Source: Saprolegnia diclina VS20 (lineage: Eukaryota). Taken from it: a stretch of DNA of 64,000 bases. The DNA lies in assembly GCF_000281045.1 (NCBI RefSeq), contig NW_008246089.1:330737-394736 (forward strand), given 5' to 3'. The notes beneath the pieces are model-generated. The model did no database searches, had not been told where the DNA came from, and worked only from the letters and a program-made list of their open reading frames with translations. Position numbers and translations under genes: made by a program. This document shows positions 46,700 through 59,158 of this stretch, in pieces; within the stretch, counting starts at the first letter, position 1; each line of letters begins with the position of its first letter.

Positions 46700-49067
46700 C
46701 TAGGGTACATGACTTCTCACATGCGTTCCTTGGTGCGAATGGCGTACCTGGTGGAGTGTCATCGTGACAGATCGATGGTGCGTCACCGCGTTTTGAAACG
46801 CCTCGAGGTCGAGTGTCATGATGACAAATCGCGCCACGTCGCGCAAGGACGCTGGCATCGTCACGGCCACGCTGCGCTTGAGGAGCTTGTCGGCAAAGTC
46901 GCGCTCGCTTTTCGACCGGGCGTGGAGGCGGAGCACGGACCAGAGAACCTCTTGCGCCTGACGCAGCGCGGCTTCATCGATCGGGTCGATAACACGTGCC
47001 AAGACGTCGTCGACACTGCGCCGCAAAACGCTGAGCAGCGGCGTGCGCACGTCAAAGAGAGGCTCGGCAATGCGAGGTGTTGGCGTCGACGGCGGCGAAA
47101 AGGCGAGCGCCGACGCGATGCCGGCGTTGGCGCGGCGCATCGACAGATGTGTGTCACGCCACGCTAGACACACCTGCAAACTGAGCGCGACGAGGTTCGA
47201 GACCTTGCTCGCCTCCATGGGCGACGTGGCGTCGTCAAGCCGGTACAAATTCGGGGCCCACACGATGCAGAGGCTGTGGGCAGTCATGAGGTTGGTCTTG
47301 GTGTGGAGCACAATCTCGAGCCAGTGGTCGAGAAGCCACTCCAAGACCGACCGGGTCTGGGCGTCCAGCGCCCGTAAAAGACCGAGCGCGCACTCGTTGA
47401 CGGTTGCACGGCCCGCCGTAATCGAAGCATCGCGTTTATTGCTCTCGTCGAGCGTCGCGCAGGCCGCGAGGCGGTCGAGGTGCGGGCGAAGCGTCGATGG
47501 GAGCAGCGGTGTCGGTAGCTCGCGGAACCAGAGCTTGAGAAGACTGGCCAGTACAAACGGGTCGCTGTGCTGCTTGACGTCAAAGCGACCAGCGTTGAGC
47601 GCGGTTTTGGCCGCGTGGATCTCACCGTGGTCGGGCGACGACCGGTAAATGTACTTGCTGCTGGCGCCGTTCCGCGCAAGCAGCTCGCGACGCAGCATGT
47701 GCAGCAAACACGGCACCAAGTCGTTTGGGAGTTTGCTGCTGCACCGCATGGCGTCCAACGGTAGGCCAAACTGGTCGTGCAGCGCGATCAAGTGCGTCGG
47801 CACGCCTTCGTACTGGGCCCGGTACGAGTTGTACTTGACGCAGACGTCATGGGCGACTTCGAACGGGGCACCGATAAAGTTCTCACTTGGCGTCACGAGT
47901 GTCGCCGTCGTCGTAGCTGCAGCACCAGCGTCGTCGGCTGCCAACGCCGCGCCATCGGGCATCGATTGGACGCTTGGCAGCATCGTCTCTTGCGTGCACG
48001 TGACGTAGGCCTGCTCACCCTGCGACTGCACTGGGGTGGCCGAGGGGTCGAGGACTGAGCCCGTCTTGTCCAGTGCCTCCTTTGTTGTTGGTGTGGTTGT
48101 TGGCGCCGCAGGTGAAAGACCATCGGGAAGCACGCGTGCGACGTCTTGCCAGTTGGTGATGAACGGATGCGCGAGGCAGTCGATGGCCGACGGTCGATCT
48201 GCCGGTGCCTTATTGAGGCAGTACTTTAAGAAGTCGGAAAAGACCGACGACCATTCGTGGGGCTGGCGAAGCCGCGGCGCGGGGTTGCGCGGGATCTGAA
48301 TCAAGACGCGCATTGGGTGCTCTTCAAAGAGAGGCGGCTTTTGGTCGGCGAGCTCGATCGCCGTGATGCCGAGGCTCCAAATGTCGGCCTTGTAGTCGTA
48401 GTCGCAGTCTTGGATCATTTCGGGGCTCATCCAGTACGGCGTGCCGACAAAGGTGCCACTACGATATGTCACCTCTGGCCTCTCGTCATGGGTCGTACCG
48501 GCGCGACAGCGTGTCGCGAAGCTGCGCCGAGACGCCAAAGTCGGCGATTTTGACATCACCGTCCGCCGTGAGCAAGATGTTGCCGCCTACCGCCCATGAG
48601 ACATCGCACGCACAAGTGAATGGACCTTTGACATCGCGGTGGATCTTCTTCTTCGCATGCAGATGGGCGAGGCCATGCAGCGCACCGCGCAGAATGATCG
48701 AGATCTCTTGCTCGACGAGGCGGCGCTGGCGTGAGATGTCGCCGACGGACCCGCCGCCGCAATACTCCATGGCGATCCAGAGCGCGCCGTCCTTGTAGTA
48801 CGCGTCGTAGAAAGCCACGACGTTCGGGTGGTCGCACTCGCGCAAAAACTCAATCTCGCGCCGGACGTTCTCCACGTCCTCGCCGTGCTGCCCTGGCTTG
48901 AGCGCAATCGGGATGACCTTGAGGGCGACTTCGCGCTGCGTGCTGCGGCACGTCGCGCGGAAGACGCGGCCAAAGGCGCCAGCGCCTTCGCGCGAGTGAA
49001 TGTCAAAGATGGTCTCTGGGTCGCCCGGGCTCAAGCCCATCGTCGCGAGCACCTGCTCGATGCCCAT
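46700..49067 (-). CDS. STE20-family Ser/Thr kinase fused to CRIB and RhoGAP domains
   Basis: GAGAFG, ALK, HRDVK, DFG, GTPYWMSPE; CRIB-like IGAPFEVAHDVCV; RhoGAP YIYR, LLKLWFRELP, NLMTAHSLCIVWAPNL; last exon uncertain. Confidence 0.85.
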
Positions 49068-49643
49068 CGTTGCCGCTTCGGAAGATCGCAACAACTTCTT
49101 GGGCTCCGAACTTCGAACTTCGTACACCGCAGATAGACTCTGTTTCAAACAGAATCTAGGTCGCAACAGTGTTTGGTGGACGATCGCGCACAGAGCGCAG
49201 CCAAACCGAGCCACGATGTCCTTGAACCAAGATGGCTCAAGGAGGCCTACTGTGGTAACACACATACGGGATCAGCTCTTGACCAACGCACACCAGGAAC
49301 GGCGGTAAGGTTGGCCTTCTGTCGCCAACCGCTTCCGACCCGATGACGCCGGTGCGTGACGGCTACGATCAAGTCGATCGCAGTGTCTTTACGTACGCCC
49401 TTAACACAGGTCGAGCGACCATCGCGGTATCTTGCCCGCTGAGCATGACGAGGCGACGTCCCACCATCACACGCCCCGAGCGAACGCCAGCTGGCTACTC
49501 AAGTCGCTCGTACTTGTACTCGTTTAGGAGGCTCGCAGGGCACTGCGTTCTATGACCTTGCAGCGTCGACGCGGTGCTGCACCGCACGTGTGTTGGTTGT
49601 CACCGAGTCTTTACGTTGAAGTTGTGGCCGCCTCTTGCGTGCA

Positions 49644-49660
49644 GCTCACTTTTCAACTGC
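49644..49660 (+). promoter_or_regulatory. oomycete Inr-like core promoter
   Basis: GCTCACTTTTCAACTGC ~20 nt upstream of ATG 49679. Confidence 0.45.
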
Positions 49661-49678
49661 GCTTCTTCTTGGCATCCG

Positions 49679-50929
49679 ATGCACTGTGTCTCGCTGCTGC
49701 TGCTGCTCGCGGCGACGGCCATCTACGGGCTCGATATTTCCGACGCCGAGCGACGGGAGCTCACACGGGACTTGTCGCGCTGGCAAAGCACGTTTGGCAA
49801 CGACGGCCGTCTCCGCGCGTCGATGGTCGGCGCCGAGTCCAATGAGAACCTCCTCGCGCGCTTGAAGGCGTCCAAGGACAAGGTGCCCGAGCTGCGCGTC
49901 GCCAACCCACACGCAACCTTTAGCCACTTGACCAAGTTTGCCTTGCTCAACAACGCCGAGTTTGCCAAGTACGTCTCGGGCCCGATGCCGACGGCGTCGC
50001 CCGTGCCGGGTGTCGACCGGGACGTTGGCAACGCCACCGACATGGTCGACTGGACGACATACAACAACATGACAACGACGTGCGTGCTTCCGCCCAAGAA
50101 CCAAGGCGCGTGCGGCAGCTGCTGGGCGTTTGCAGCCACCGAGGTCGTGGCGTCGGCGCACTGCATTGCGACCGGCGTCCTGCCCGACATCTCGGCCCAG
50201 CAAGTCACGAGCTGCTCGAAAAACGACGGCTCGGACGGCTGCAACGGCGGGACCGTCGAGGGCGCGATCGACTGGATCGTGTCGCAACAGCCGCAATTGT
50301 GTTCGTCGTCGGCGCTCCCGTACACATCGGGTCTCTCGGGCGACACGGGGACCTGCAACGCCACGTGCAACTCGTCCGTGGCACTCGCCGTCGGCGCGAC
50401 GATCAGCATTGCTGGCGAGTCGGCGCTCGAGACGCAGCTCCGCGTGCAGCCCGTGAGCGTCAGTGTCGCCGGCGAGAACGACGTGTGGCGCCTGTACGTC
50501 CGTGGCGTCATCTCGGCGTGCCCGGATGTGCGCTCCGACCACGCAGTGCTCGCGGTCGGCTACGGTACGACGGACGACGAGTACCGACTGCCCTACTTCA
50601 AGGTCCGCAATTCGTGGGGTGCCGACTGGGGCGAAGGCGGCGACATTCGTCTCCAGCGCGGCGTCGGTGGTGCCGGCACATGCAACGTGGCAGAGAGCGT
50701 GTCGTACCCGACCATCGTGCGCCCGACCAAAACGCCGACCAAGACCAAGCCACCGAACAAGACCACGAAGCGCCCGAAGGCAACGCGCCGCCCGCGCCCA
50801 CCAACGCCGACGCCAACGCCATCGACGACCCCTCTGCGGGCGGTCACGTTGACACCTATCGTGCCCGAGTCGACGGACGGTAGCGATGTGGAGCTCGACG
50901 ATGACATCGTCGCGGCGTTCTGGGGCTGA
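49679..50929 (+). CDS. secreted papain-family (C1A) cysteine protease with Pro/Thr-rich tail
   Basis: Signal peptide MHCVSLLLLLAATAIYG; propeptide; QGACGSCWAF, DHAVL and RNSWG catalytic motifs. Confidence 0.92.
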   Translation: MHCVSLLLLLAATAIYGLDISDAERRELTRDLSRWQSTFGNDGRLRASMVGAESNENLLARLKASKDKVPELRVANPHATFSHLTKFALLNNAEFAKYVSGPMPTASPVPGVDRDVGNATDMVDWTTYNNMTTTCVLPPKNQGACGSCWAFAATEVVASAHCIATGVLPDISAQQVTSCSKNDGSDGCNGGTVEGAIDWIVSQQPQLCSSSALPYTSGLSGDTGTCNATCNSSVALAVGATISIAGESALETQLRVQPVSVSVAGENDVWRLYVRGVISACPDVRSDHAVLAVGYGTTDDEYRLPYFKVRNSWGADWGEGGDIRLQRGVGGAGTCNVAESVSYPTIVRPTKTPTKTKPPNKTTKRPKATRRPRPPTPTPTPSTTPLRAVTLTPIVPESTDGSDVELDDDIVAAFWG

Positions 50930-51363
50930 GCCGTCCGCGCGCGCTACCGAGGCCATGTGGCACTGCCTCCGTTAGCGCTAACTCGATTGATAATGCATAA
51001 CGTGTCGTTTCTTGCTGGCTGCTAGCAAAGGTTGGCGTCGAGCGAGCCTACTACATGCACTCGTACGTCAAGCAGCACGGCAACCCGTGCAAGGTCGTCG
51101 TCCTCGCGCAGCCCATCATGCTTGCTGTATCGGCCATGACCTCGTGCTTACGCTGCGCATGTCATGGGCTTCGAACAGCGTCCGATGCATGGCTCCATGG
51201 AGCTCAGACGCGCCGCCGCCTTGCTACCGGCCGCAACGTCCGTGGCGGAGACGGTGGCGAGTGTCAATCGGCGTCTCTGGCGCAATCTGATTGGCTAAAA
51301 ATCGAGCAGCGGTTTTTTGAATTTTTGAACCGGAGTTTTCAACCTTGGACAGAGCACGCGAGC

Positions 51364-54300
51364 ATGGCGACGTCCTCGAAGCGGCCGCGGGAGGCCATGG
51401 AGCCGCTCGTCATCGGAGACGCGGCCTGCGACGCCGGTAGCGCGGGTCCGCCTGCCAAGAGCCCCAACCTCGGTAGCAGCGACGCGCGTCGTCGACCAAG
51501 CGGTCTCAAGCCTCCGCGCGTGGCCAAGTCCGGCTTGCCGGTGCCATCCAAGATCGCCAAGGCGCTCTCCAACCAAGACGAGAACGACCGCGCTGCCAAC
51601 GCAGGTAGCTTTCAATGGAATGCATCGAATGACTCTCGGTTCTTATTGTATGTCGTAGCTGGCGAGGGCTCGATCAAGAAGAAGGCCGGATCGCTGCCGC
51701 GACCACGGTCGTCCCTCAAGCCGCCCAGCGCAATGGCGACGCCATCGACGCGCAGCGCTTCACGGGGAGCGCTTGACGCACCACCGGACGCGGTAACCGA
51801 GGTGCCGACGAGTGCGTCTCTGCCGTCGGTGGCCGCGCGCTTCAACGAGGTCATGCCAGACCTCGGCCGTATCGACGATGTCGCCAAGCCGCGACGCACC
51901 AAGCTAAAACCGTTCGACTACAAGGGTCGCTGCGAAGAGCAACGGGCGACTGTGACCGAGCTCCGTGGGCTGCTTCGGACTCTCGAAGAGCAGGTCCGAC
52001 GCTACATCTCGTCGCATCACATCCCATGCGTTCTTCTCGATAGGCCAAGAAATTTGAGCTCGAGGCGGTCCAGCTCGACCAAGCGATGGTGCTGCAGACG
52101 AGCTTGGCCAAGCAAGATTTGGTTCGCATCCGAGAAAACGAAGCGGCGCGCAGCGACATTGTCGACAGTCTCCAAGCGCAGCTCGACGAGCTCAAGCACG
52201 CGCTTGACGGTGCAATCAAGGAGAAGGAAGCGTTCCAAAAGCAAGCCCACGACGTTGGCGCCAAGCTCCAGGACGAGCTCGCGAGTAAAGTGACCTTGTC
52301 GACGCAGCGGTCGCAGGTCGCGGCCCAGCTCGAACAGCTCCGTGCCGAGCACGACCTCCGCGTTGCGGCTCTCCAGAACGACAAGGTCCAGTTGGAGGCT
52401 CAGCGCGACGCGGCAGTCAGCGACCTCGCGCTCGTGCGTGCGCAGTTGACGCGCAAGGAAGAGGACGCGTCCGGGACGCTCAAGAGCATGCGCGACATGC
52501 AAGCCTTTGCGATGAGCACGAACGAACGTCTTGCCAACGAAAACAAAGCGCTCTCGGAGAAGCTCGCGTCGATCGAGGTCAAGAGCAAGGCCATTGAAGA
52601 GTCGTCGGCCGAGACGTCGGCCACGATCCAGCGCCTCACGAGCGCGCTCGAGGTACCTTCCCCAGTCCCAACGATCATATGGTAACGAAGGATGGGAACG
52701 TAGGCCAGCGAAGCGGCCAAAGTTGACGCCATCGCGCTCGCCAAGGAGTCGACCGAGGCGTGCGCGATCGCCAAAGCTGAGCTCGCCGAGCAAGAACGCA
52801 TTGCATTTGCCGAGAAGGGCGTCCGACAGGTGCTCGAGGCCCAGCAACGCGAGTCGCAGAAGGAGCTCATGGCCGTGTACGCCGAGTCCAAGGCCATTCG
52901 GTCCGAGATGGAGCGCTTGCTCGCTCAACACGGCAGCGACAAGGCCAAGTTTGAAGCCGACCGGGTGCAGCTCGAATCCGACAAGACGAAAGCCGCCCAA
53001 GCACTCGCGATCGAGATGGAGGCGCTGCGCGAGGCCAACGTGAGCCTCGAGAGCGAACTCCACACGTGGAAGACCAAGTGGCACGAAACGCAGGAGCACC
53101 AAAACATGGTCGAGATGGCCGCGCTCATTACGGCCCAGCGCGAAGCCGATGTGCTCAAGCTCCGGCTCAAAGAAGCGACGACTACCGGGCTCCAGACAAT
53201 GGAAGCCAAGGATGCGGCGATCGCCGAGCTCACGGCCAAGGTCAAGGAGGGCGAGATGCTGCGCCGGAAGCTGCACAACACGATCCAAGAGCTCCGCGGC
53301 AACGTCCGGGTCTTTGCGCGCACGCGGCCGTTCTTGCCGTCGGACGGGCCCGCCACCGAGTCGGCGATCCAGTGCGACGTCGACGGCGTGACCATGAAGA
53401 TCAAGCGCGAGAAGGAGACCCACAGCTTCTCCTTTGACCGCGTCTTCCCCCCCGTGACAGGCCAGGACGCGGTCTTTGACGAGGTCTCGGAGTTTGTCCA
53501 GTCGGCCATTGACGGGTACCAAGTGTGTCTCTTCTCGTACGGCCAAACCGGGTCGGGCAAGACCCACACGGTACAGCATTGTTGCGCTCTGTGATGTGGT
53601 TCTGAGCATATATGCAGATGCAAGGCAGTGGCAACGGCCATATGCGTGGCATCATCCCGCGCTCGATTGAAAAGATCTTGGCCGAGTGCAATAAGAACCA
53701 AGAGGCCGGGTGGCGCTACACGCTCCACGCGTCGTTCCTAGAGATTTACAACGAAGCCGTCCGCGACCTCCTTGCCAAGAAGGAAGATGCGCAAAAGTCG
53801 CTATCGATCAAGATGCTCGAGAAGCACGGCGGCGTGACGGTGCCCGACCTCACGCTCGTCGAGATTCACGCCGTGCGGGACGTCGAAGGCCTCATGGAGC
53901 GGGCATCGCGCCTCCGAAGCGTTGCGGCCACCGACATGAACGAGCAGTCGTCGCGCTCGCACAGCGTCTTTTCGCTCTATCTCAAGGGTGCTTGCTTGAT
54001 CCTACATGTTCGGGCACCAACCTGGTGGATGTAGGCACCAACGACGAGCAAGGTGTCGTGCTCGAAGGACGGTTGAACCTCGTTGATTTGGCAGGCAGCG
54101 AGCGGATCTCGCGGTCCGGCGCGACCGGCGAGCGACTCAAGGAAGCGCAAGCTATCAACAAGAGTCTGAGCGCGCTCACCGACGTCTTCAACGCGATTGC
54201 ACTCAAAAACAGCCACGTACACGACCTCAAACCCATCGAGTCGGGTCTCACTACAGTGTGCGGTTAGGTGCCATTTCGCAACTCCAAGCTGACGTATTTA

Positions 54301-54523
54301 TTACAGAGCTGCTTGTCGGGCGACGGCAAGACGCTCATGATGGTGCGTACGACTCGTGGAGACATCGGACGACGCTTCATCGAGAGGATAGGTGAACCTC
54401 TCGCCGACGATCGAGTCGACAGGCGAAAGCCTCTGCTCGCTGCGGTTCGCCCACAACGTAAATATGTGCGAGCTCGGAAAGGCCAAGCGACAATTCAAGA
54501 AGAAGACGGACGCCGACGCCTAA
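51364..54523 (+). CDS. kinesin-14 (C-terminal motor, KIFC1/Ncd-like), multi-exon
   Basis: Basic N-tail, long coiled coil, [20 protein letters not shown] neck, [33 protein letters not shown]. Confidence 0.93.
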
Positions 54524-55293
54524 CCCCAACACCAATTCGACCTTGCAACCTTGCCGCCTTGCCCCAAGCATTTGGCCGTGCGCTGTGCCACGAGGGCGAC
54601 CTTGCCGTTTACAGTCGCCGTCATGCGCGATGCGTCGTCGTCCTGGACGTATCCTGCGCATATTTCATTCGCGGAGTATTTTGCCGGTGCCTGTGCATTG
54701 GCCCGGCGTTGGCTTGACGCGGCTAAGGGGCTGCTGCCGGTGGCGGAGGCCGGACCATGGCGGCGCCGCGGATGTCGAGGATCCGGGGGGACGGAAGCAG
54801 CGGCGAGTCTTCTTGCATGGCGTTTGCCCAACTGCGCTGTTGTAAGGCGAGGGCCTTTGAGAGCGTGCCACGTGGCCAAGCCAGGAGCGCTAGTGTTGCT
54901 GGAGCGAAGAAGACTTCGCGTGGCCGGCAGCGCTGACGTGCCATATATTCATTCGTATACGGGCGGTGCTGGCGCATGTGGCGGCAAAGTTTGCTTGCAT
55001 GTGTCACAAGGATACGCCAAAACTTCTTCCGCCAAGAAGCATTACACGCGCATTGGTCTGTCTATTCGCACGCCACCTAACCCTCAGGTCGAGCACATTT
55101 CGTTGGGGTTGCGTTCGCTGCTACTGGCGACGGCACGGAACGCTTCGTCAATGCATCGAGATAGTCTTGTGCAGGCTTCAGTTGCGCAGAGGCGGCGGAG
55201 GGCGTGCGGCTGCATAGTCGTTTTGCAAGTGGTCAGTCGGCCTGTCTCGAAAATGGCGTGTTTTTAGTCGAAGCCAGCTGGCCCCTGAAATGG

Positions 55294-55310
55294 TTCACTT
55301 TGCCTTTTCG
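55294..55310 (+). promoter_or_regulatory. oomycete Inr/FPR core promoter
   Basis: TTCACTTTGCCTTTTCG just upstream of ATG 55317. Confidence 0.45.
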
Positions 55311-55316
55311 ACGGTC

Positions 55317-57224
55317 ATGGCACAGCAGCGGGCGACCAAGCTGCGCAGCGAGAAGCGCGCGACGCGCATCGACAAGGATGTCAAGAAGGTCTCGAACCTC
55401 AACCGCGCGCTCTCGTTCGCGTACGACATTCTGTGGAGCTACCGCTACTTCAAGTACATGGCTGCCTTTCTACTGCTCCTCGAAGCCGGCTTGGGCTACG
55501 CCATCATCCAAAAGATTCCGTGTACGTCGCCCAAGTGCACGCGGCTGGAGCTCTCATGCACTATGTAGACACGGAGATTGACTGGAAGGCCTACATGGAG
55601 CAGGTCGAGCTCTTCAAGGGCGGCGAACGCGACTACGCCAAGATCCGCGGTGGCACCGGCCCGCTCGTGTACCCGGCGGGCCACGTGTACATCTTTTCGC
55701 TGCTGCACAGCGTGACCAACAACGGCGCCAACATCCGCCTCGGTACCATCGTCCACCTCGTCCTCCGTCATGGCGTATTCCTGCTGCGTAGCGCAATACA
55801 TCTTTCTCGGTTTTTACCTCGTCATGGTCGCGACGATCTTTGCGATCTTCTACCGCGCGCGCATGTGCCCGCCGTGGACGGCCATGCTCGTGTGTACGTC
55901 CAAGCGTCTCCACTCGATCTACATGCTGCGCCTCTTCAACGACGGCGTGGCCATGATGTTTCTCTTCCTCGCCATCTACCTCTTTTGCCGGCAGCAGTGG
56001 CGGTATGGCTGCGTGCTCTACAGTCTCGCTGTCTCGATCAAGATGAACGTGCTTCTCTTCGCACCTGGTGTCTTCTTCCTTCTCCTGCAGTCGTCCGGCC
56101 TCCTTCGTACGGTCGGGTATCTCTCGATCTGCGCCGCCGTCCAAGTCGCCCTCGCGCTCCCGTTTCTCAACCACAACTGGTGGAGCTACGTCACCAAAGC
56201 GTTTGAGTTTAGCCGTGTCTTTACGTACGAGTGGACGGTCAATTGGCGCTTCCTCTCGGAAGAAGTCTTTGTCTCCAAGGGCCTCTCGATCACGCTGCTT
56301 GTTTGCCACGTGTTCTTCTTGGCGCTCTTTTTGCAAAAGTACTACTTTGCTGCCTCGGGTAGCTGGCGCTACCTCCTCTACAACCCCTTCTCGCTCACGT
56401 ACGTCCGTCTTCTCTGTGGTGCCAAGGTACTTAGGAATTGTAGCGACCGCCAGCCGATCCGCGCCGAACGCATTGTCACGTCGCTCTTTGCGATCAACTT
56501 TGTGGGCATTTGCTTTGCGCGGACGCTCCACTACCAGTTTTACGCGTGGTACTACCCGACGCTGCCGTATCTGGTCTGGAAGACAAATGTGCCCTTGATC
56601 TTCAAGGCCAAGATCCTCATCATGGTCGAGTTTGCGTTCAACACGTTCCCGTCCACGGACGCGTCGTCGCTTGTCTTGCAGCTGAGTCAGCTCCTGCTGC
56701 TCGTGTCGCTCTACACGGCCAGCGACGAAGGTACAGTTTGTGGATTTTTGGAGTTTATTTTGTGAAATGGGCTGCAACTAGGCAAGTACCAGTCGTATCT
56801 GGATGCCGAGGCCCGGGAAAACCTCGTCCGCTACATGAACGAAGAGGCGTTTGACGGCTCGCGCCAGTTTGCCACGTACTATGGCAGCGTCACGGAAGAC
56901 CTCGCCGAAGGCGCGTCGGTCGTCTCGGTACAACCCTATCCCTTGTTCAAGGATTCATGTCTCATCTCGAAATATGTGTGCTAGATTGACGAGCAAGAAG
57001 TGGTCTTGCGGCTTCCGAAAATGAACTTTACGCTCGCGATTGGCTTTGGGAGCTCGGCGCCCGTCACGAGCGAAGGCTACGCCAAGCGCGTGCTCTCGGG
57101 CATGCTCGCGGAGGCCGACGACGGGCTCACGCGCGGCATCAACATGGCCGACGTCGTTTCGCGCGAAATGGCCGAGATGAACAGCGGCGAGCTCCGCGCC
57201 CGCCTCCGCCCCCGCAAGTCGTAG
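55317..57224 (+). CDS. ALG3: Dol-P-Man alpha-1,3-mannosyltransferase ALG3 with C-terminal DUF2470-like extension
   Basis: [55 protein letters not shown]; extension joined by introns 56731-56781 and 56928-56984. Confidence 0.9.
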
Positions 57225-57310
57225 GTGTACATGTTCTGTCTGGCTACCCACATATACCGACATTGGAAACAACAAGTGTGTGCTTGACAACTAGGCATAT
57301 CTTAGTCATG

Positions 57311-58456
57311 CTAGCCCTTCTTGTCGTCGCAGTAGCTCGGCAGAATCTGGCGCTTGGCCAAGTCGTTGTGCAAGAGGTGGCTCATAATGCCGAGGTTGGG
57401 GCAGAAGACGTAGCCTGCGTGGTGGAGGGCGACGACCGAGTGGTCAAGATACGAAAGCACGGGCGATCCGGATGACATTTTCTGCGTGTCGAGGTCGTAG
57501 CTCACCTCGGAATCCGAGCCGACGCGGAGGAGCGCTGTGCCTTTGGCGTCCTTGAACGCAATGCGCTTGCCCCACGCCATGGGGTGGGTCACGAGGTACG
57601 CCGGCTCGCCGAGGCGGGGACCGGCCGGTCGGAGTTTGAGGTACCCGTACGTCGTCGCCACGGACGTGTCGAGCTTGAGGAGGGTGTAGTCAAGGTCGAC
57701 GTTGGTAGCAACAAACGTAATGGCGCCCGTGTACTCGATACCGCGGCAAGACAGTGGCCGGTTGCACACATCGGGGCCGTCGGGGCCGGGACACGCTTTG
57801 GCCTGCGCCAAAAACTCGATTTTCGTATTGTTGGCGTCGACAGCGTCAAAGATGCAGTGGTGGTTGGTCATGAGGTGGCCCTCGCAGCCGAGGAGCCAGC
57901 CGGTGCAGCCAAAGAGCTGGTTCTTGCGCCGAATGACGAGCCGCGCGATCGCTTTGGCCTTCTGGGACACGACGGGGTTGCCCTCGAGGCAGACCGCGTC
58001 GACCGAGCGATCCTTGCCGCAAATGCTTTCGTTGCGAGCACGTTCGATCTCGGTGTTGTACGAGCCGAGCCGAAACCCATAGCAAGTGCCCGTCGTATTG
58101 GTGGTTTGTTGAGTGTAGAGCTCGACGCGGAGGTAGCTCGTCGCAATCGCCGGCGCGTCAAACGAGCCCGAGTAGTTGCGGCCAAAGAGCAGCACGGGAA
58201 GCTCCGTACTCTCAACTTCGAGCGACGAGAGGCGGACATAGTCGTTGGGCGGCAGAGCAAAGTCGTCAAAATGCAGTCGGAAGAACGACGCCGTCGCGTT
58301 CGAGACAGTCCACGAGAAGGCGGCCACGCCGTCGTCCATAGGGCTCGGGTACACGGTGGATTTGTCGTAGACGCAGCCAACGCCGACGTCGACCGGGACG
58401 TCGATCGCGGCCACTGCAAGCGCAAAGGGAGCGAGCCAGTTGATGGCCAAACGCAT
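57311..58456 (-). CDS. secreted trypsin-like (S1) serine protease with N-terminal CUB-like domain, intronless
   Basis: Signal peptide; FFRLHFDDFALPPNDYV N-domain; ESICG activation site; CTGWL, TNHHC, LDYTL and SSGSPV triad motifs. Confidence 0.85.
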   Translation of the reverse strand: MRLAINWLAPFALAVAAIDVPVDVGVGCVYDKSTVYPSPMDDGVAAFSWTVSNATASFFRLHFDDFALPPNDYVRLSSLEVESTELPVLLFGRNYSGSFDAPAIATSYLRVELYTQQTTNTTGTCYGFRLGSYNTEIERARNESICGKDRSVDAVCLEGNPVVSQKAKAIARLVIRRKNQLFGCTGWLLGCEGHLMTNHHCIFDAVDANNTKIEFLAQAKACPGPDGPDVCNRPLSCRGIEYTGAITFVATNVDLDYTLLKLDTSVATTYGYLKLRPAGPRLGEPAYLVTHPMAWGKRIAFKDAKGTALLRVGSDSEVSYDLDTQKMSSGSPVLSYLDHSVVALHHAGYVFCPNLGIMSHLLHNDLAKRQILPSYCDDKKG

Positions 58457-59158
58457 GGCAAATTGCATTGTGGCGACAAGCAATGTGGCCGTCTCAATGC
58501 GCGTCGGTTGACGGTTGGCGGAGAAGCACCAACAAGAATTCTGTGTGATAGCAAGAAAGCTACGCTCTGTAATCCGAACGGCAACCTACACCCAAGAGAC
58601 TTTGGAGTGCGGTTGGTCCGTCCGCAGCCCAGTAATGCGTATTCCTTCTGAGACGGTGGCTTCTTTGATAAAGGCAAATTCTCCGTCGCAAGCCAAAAGC
58701 GTTATTCAGATGCAGCTATCCACCGAATAACTCCGAGCGAATGGCTTTGGAATCCCAGATTATCTGCCAGCTCGCCCACACTGACGGTGCTCGTGAGGCG
58801 GGCCGGTCAGCGAAGAACGTTCGTGGTCCTCTTCTTGCGAGGTTGTGAGCAAACAAGAGTATCTTGGCGCCCGTCAGCTATGGTGGGAGTGGTGGGAAGG
58901 ACGCAGATGATCCAAGGGCGTGGAGGGATGGAGCGACCCGAAATATGAATTGAAATGCGAGCATGTTCTATTGAACGACGCTTTGCTAGTCGTTCTTGAT
59001 TTGTGGAAATCTCGCGCTGGTCTTTGCCTCTCGACAAAGGGCAATTTTCCCACAGCATTGGATGATAACAATCTTCATCGAGAACCGATTTTGATTTATG
59101 AATCTTTTCTTTCAAATATCAACTTGAAAGGTCAACGATATATTGATGGATGAGGAAT

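Noticed and set aside
54551..55267. 238 aa ORF between kinesin-14 and ALG3
   Set aside because: No ATG start context or domain signal; likely intergenic
58500..59150. Lower-GC segment, considered as foreign insertion or ncRNA
   Set aside because: No repeats, ORF motifs or recognisable RNA structure; consistent with ordinary promoter or intergenic DNA
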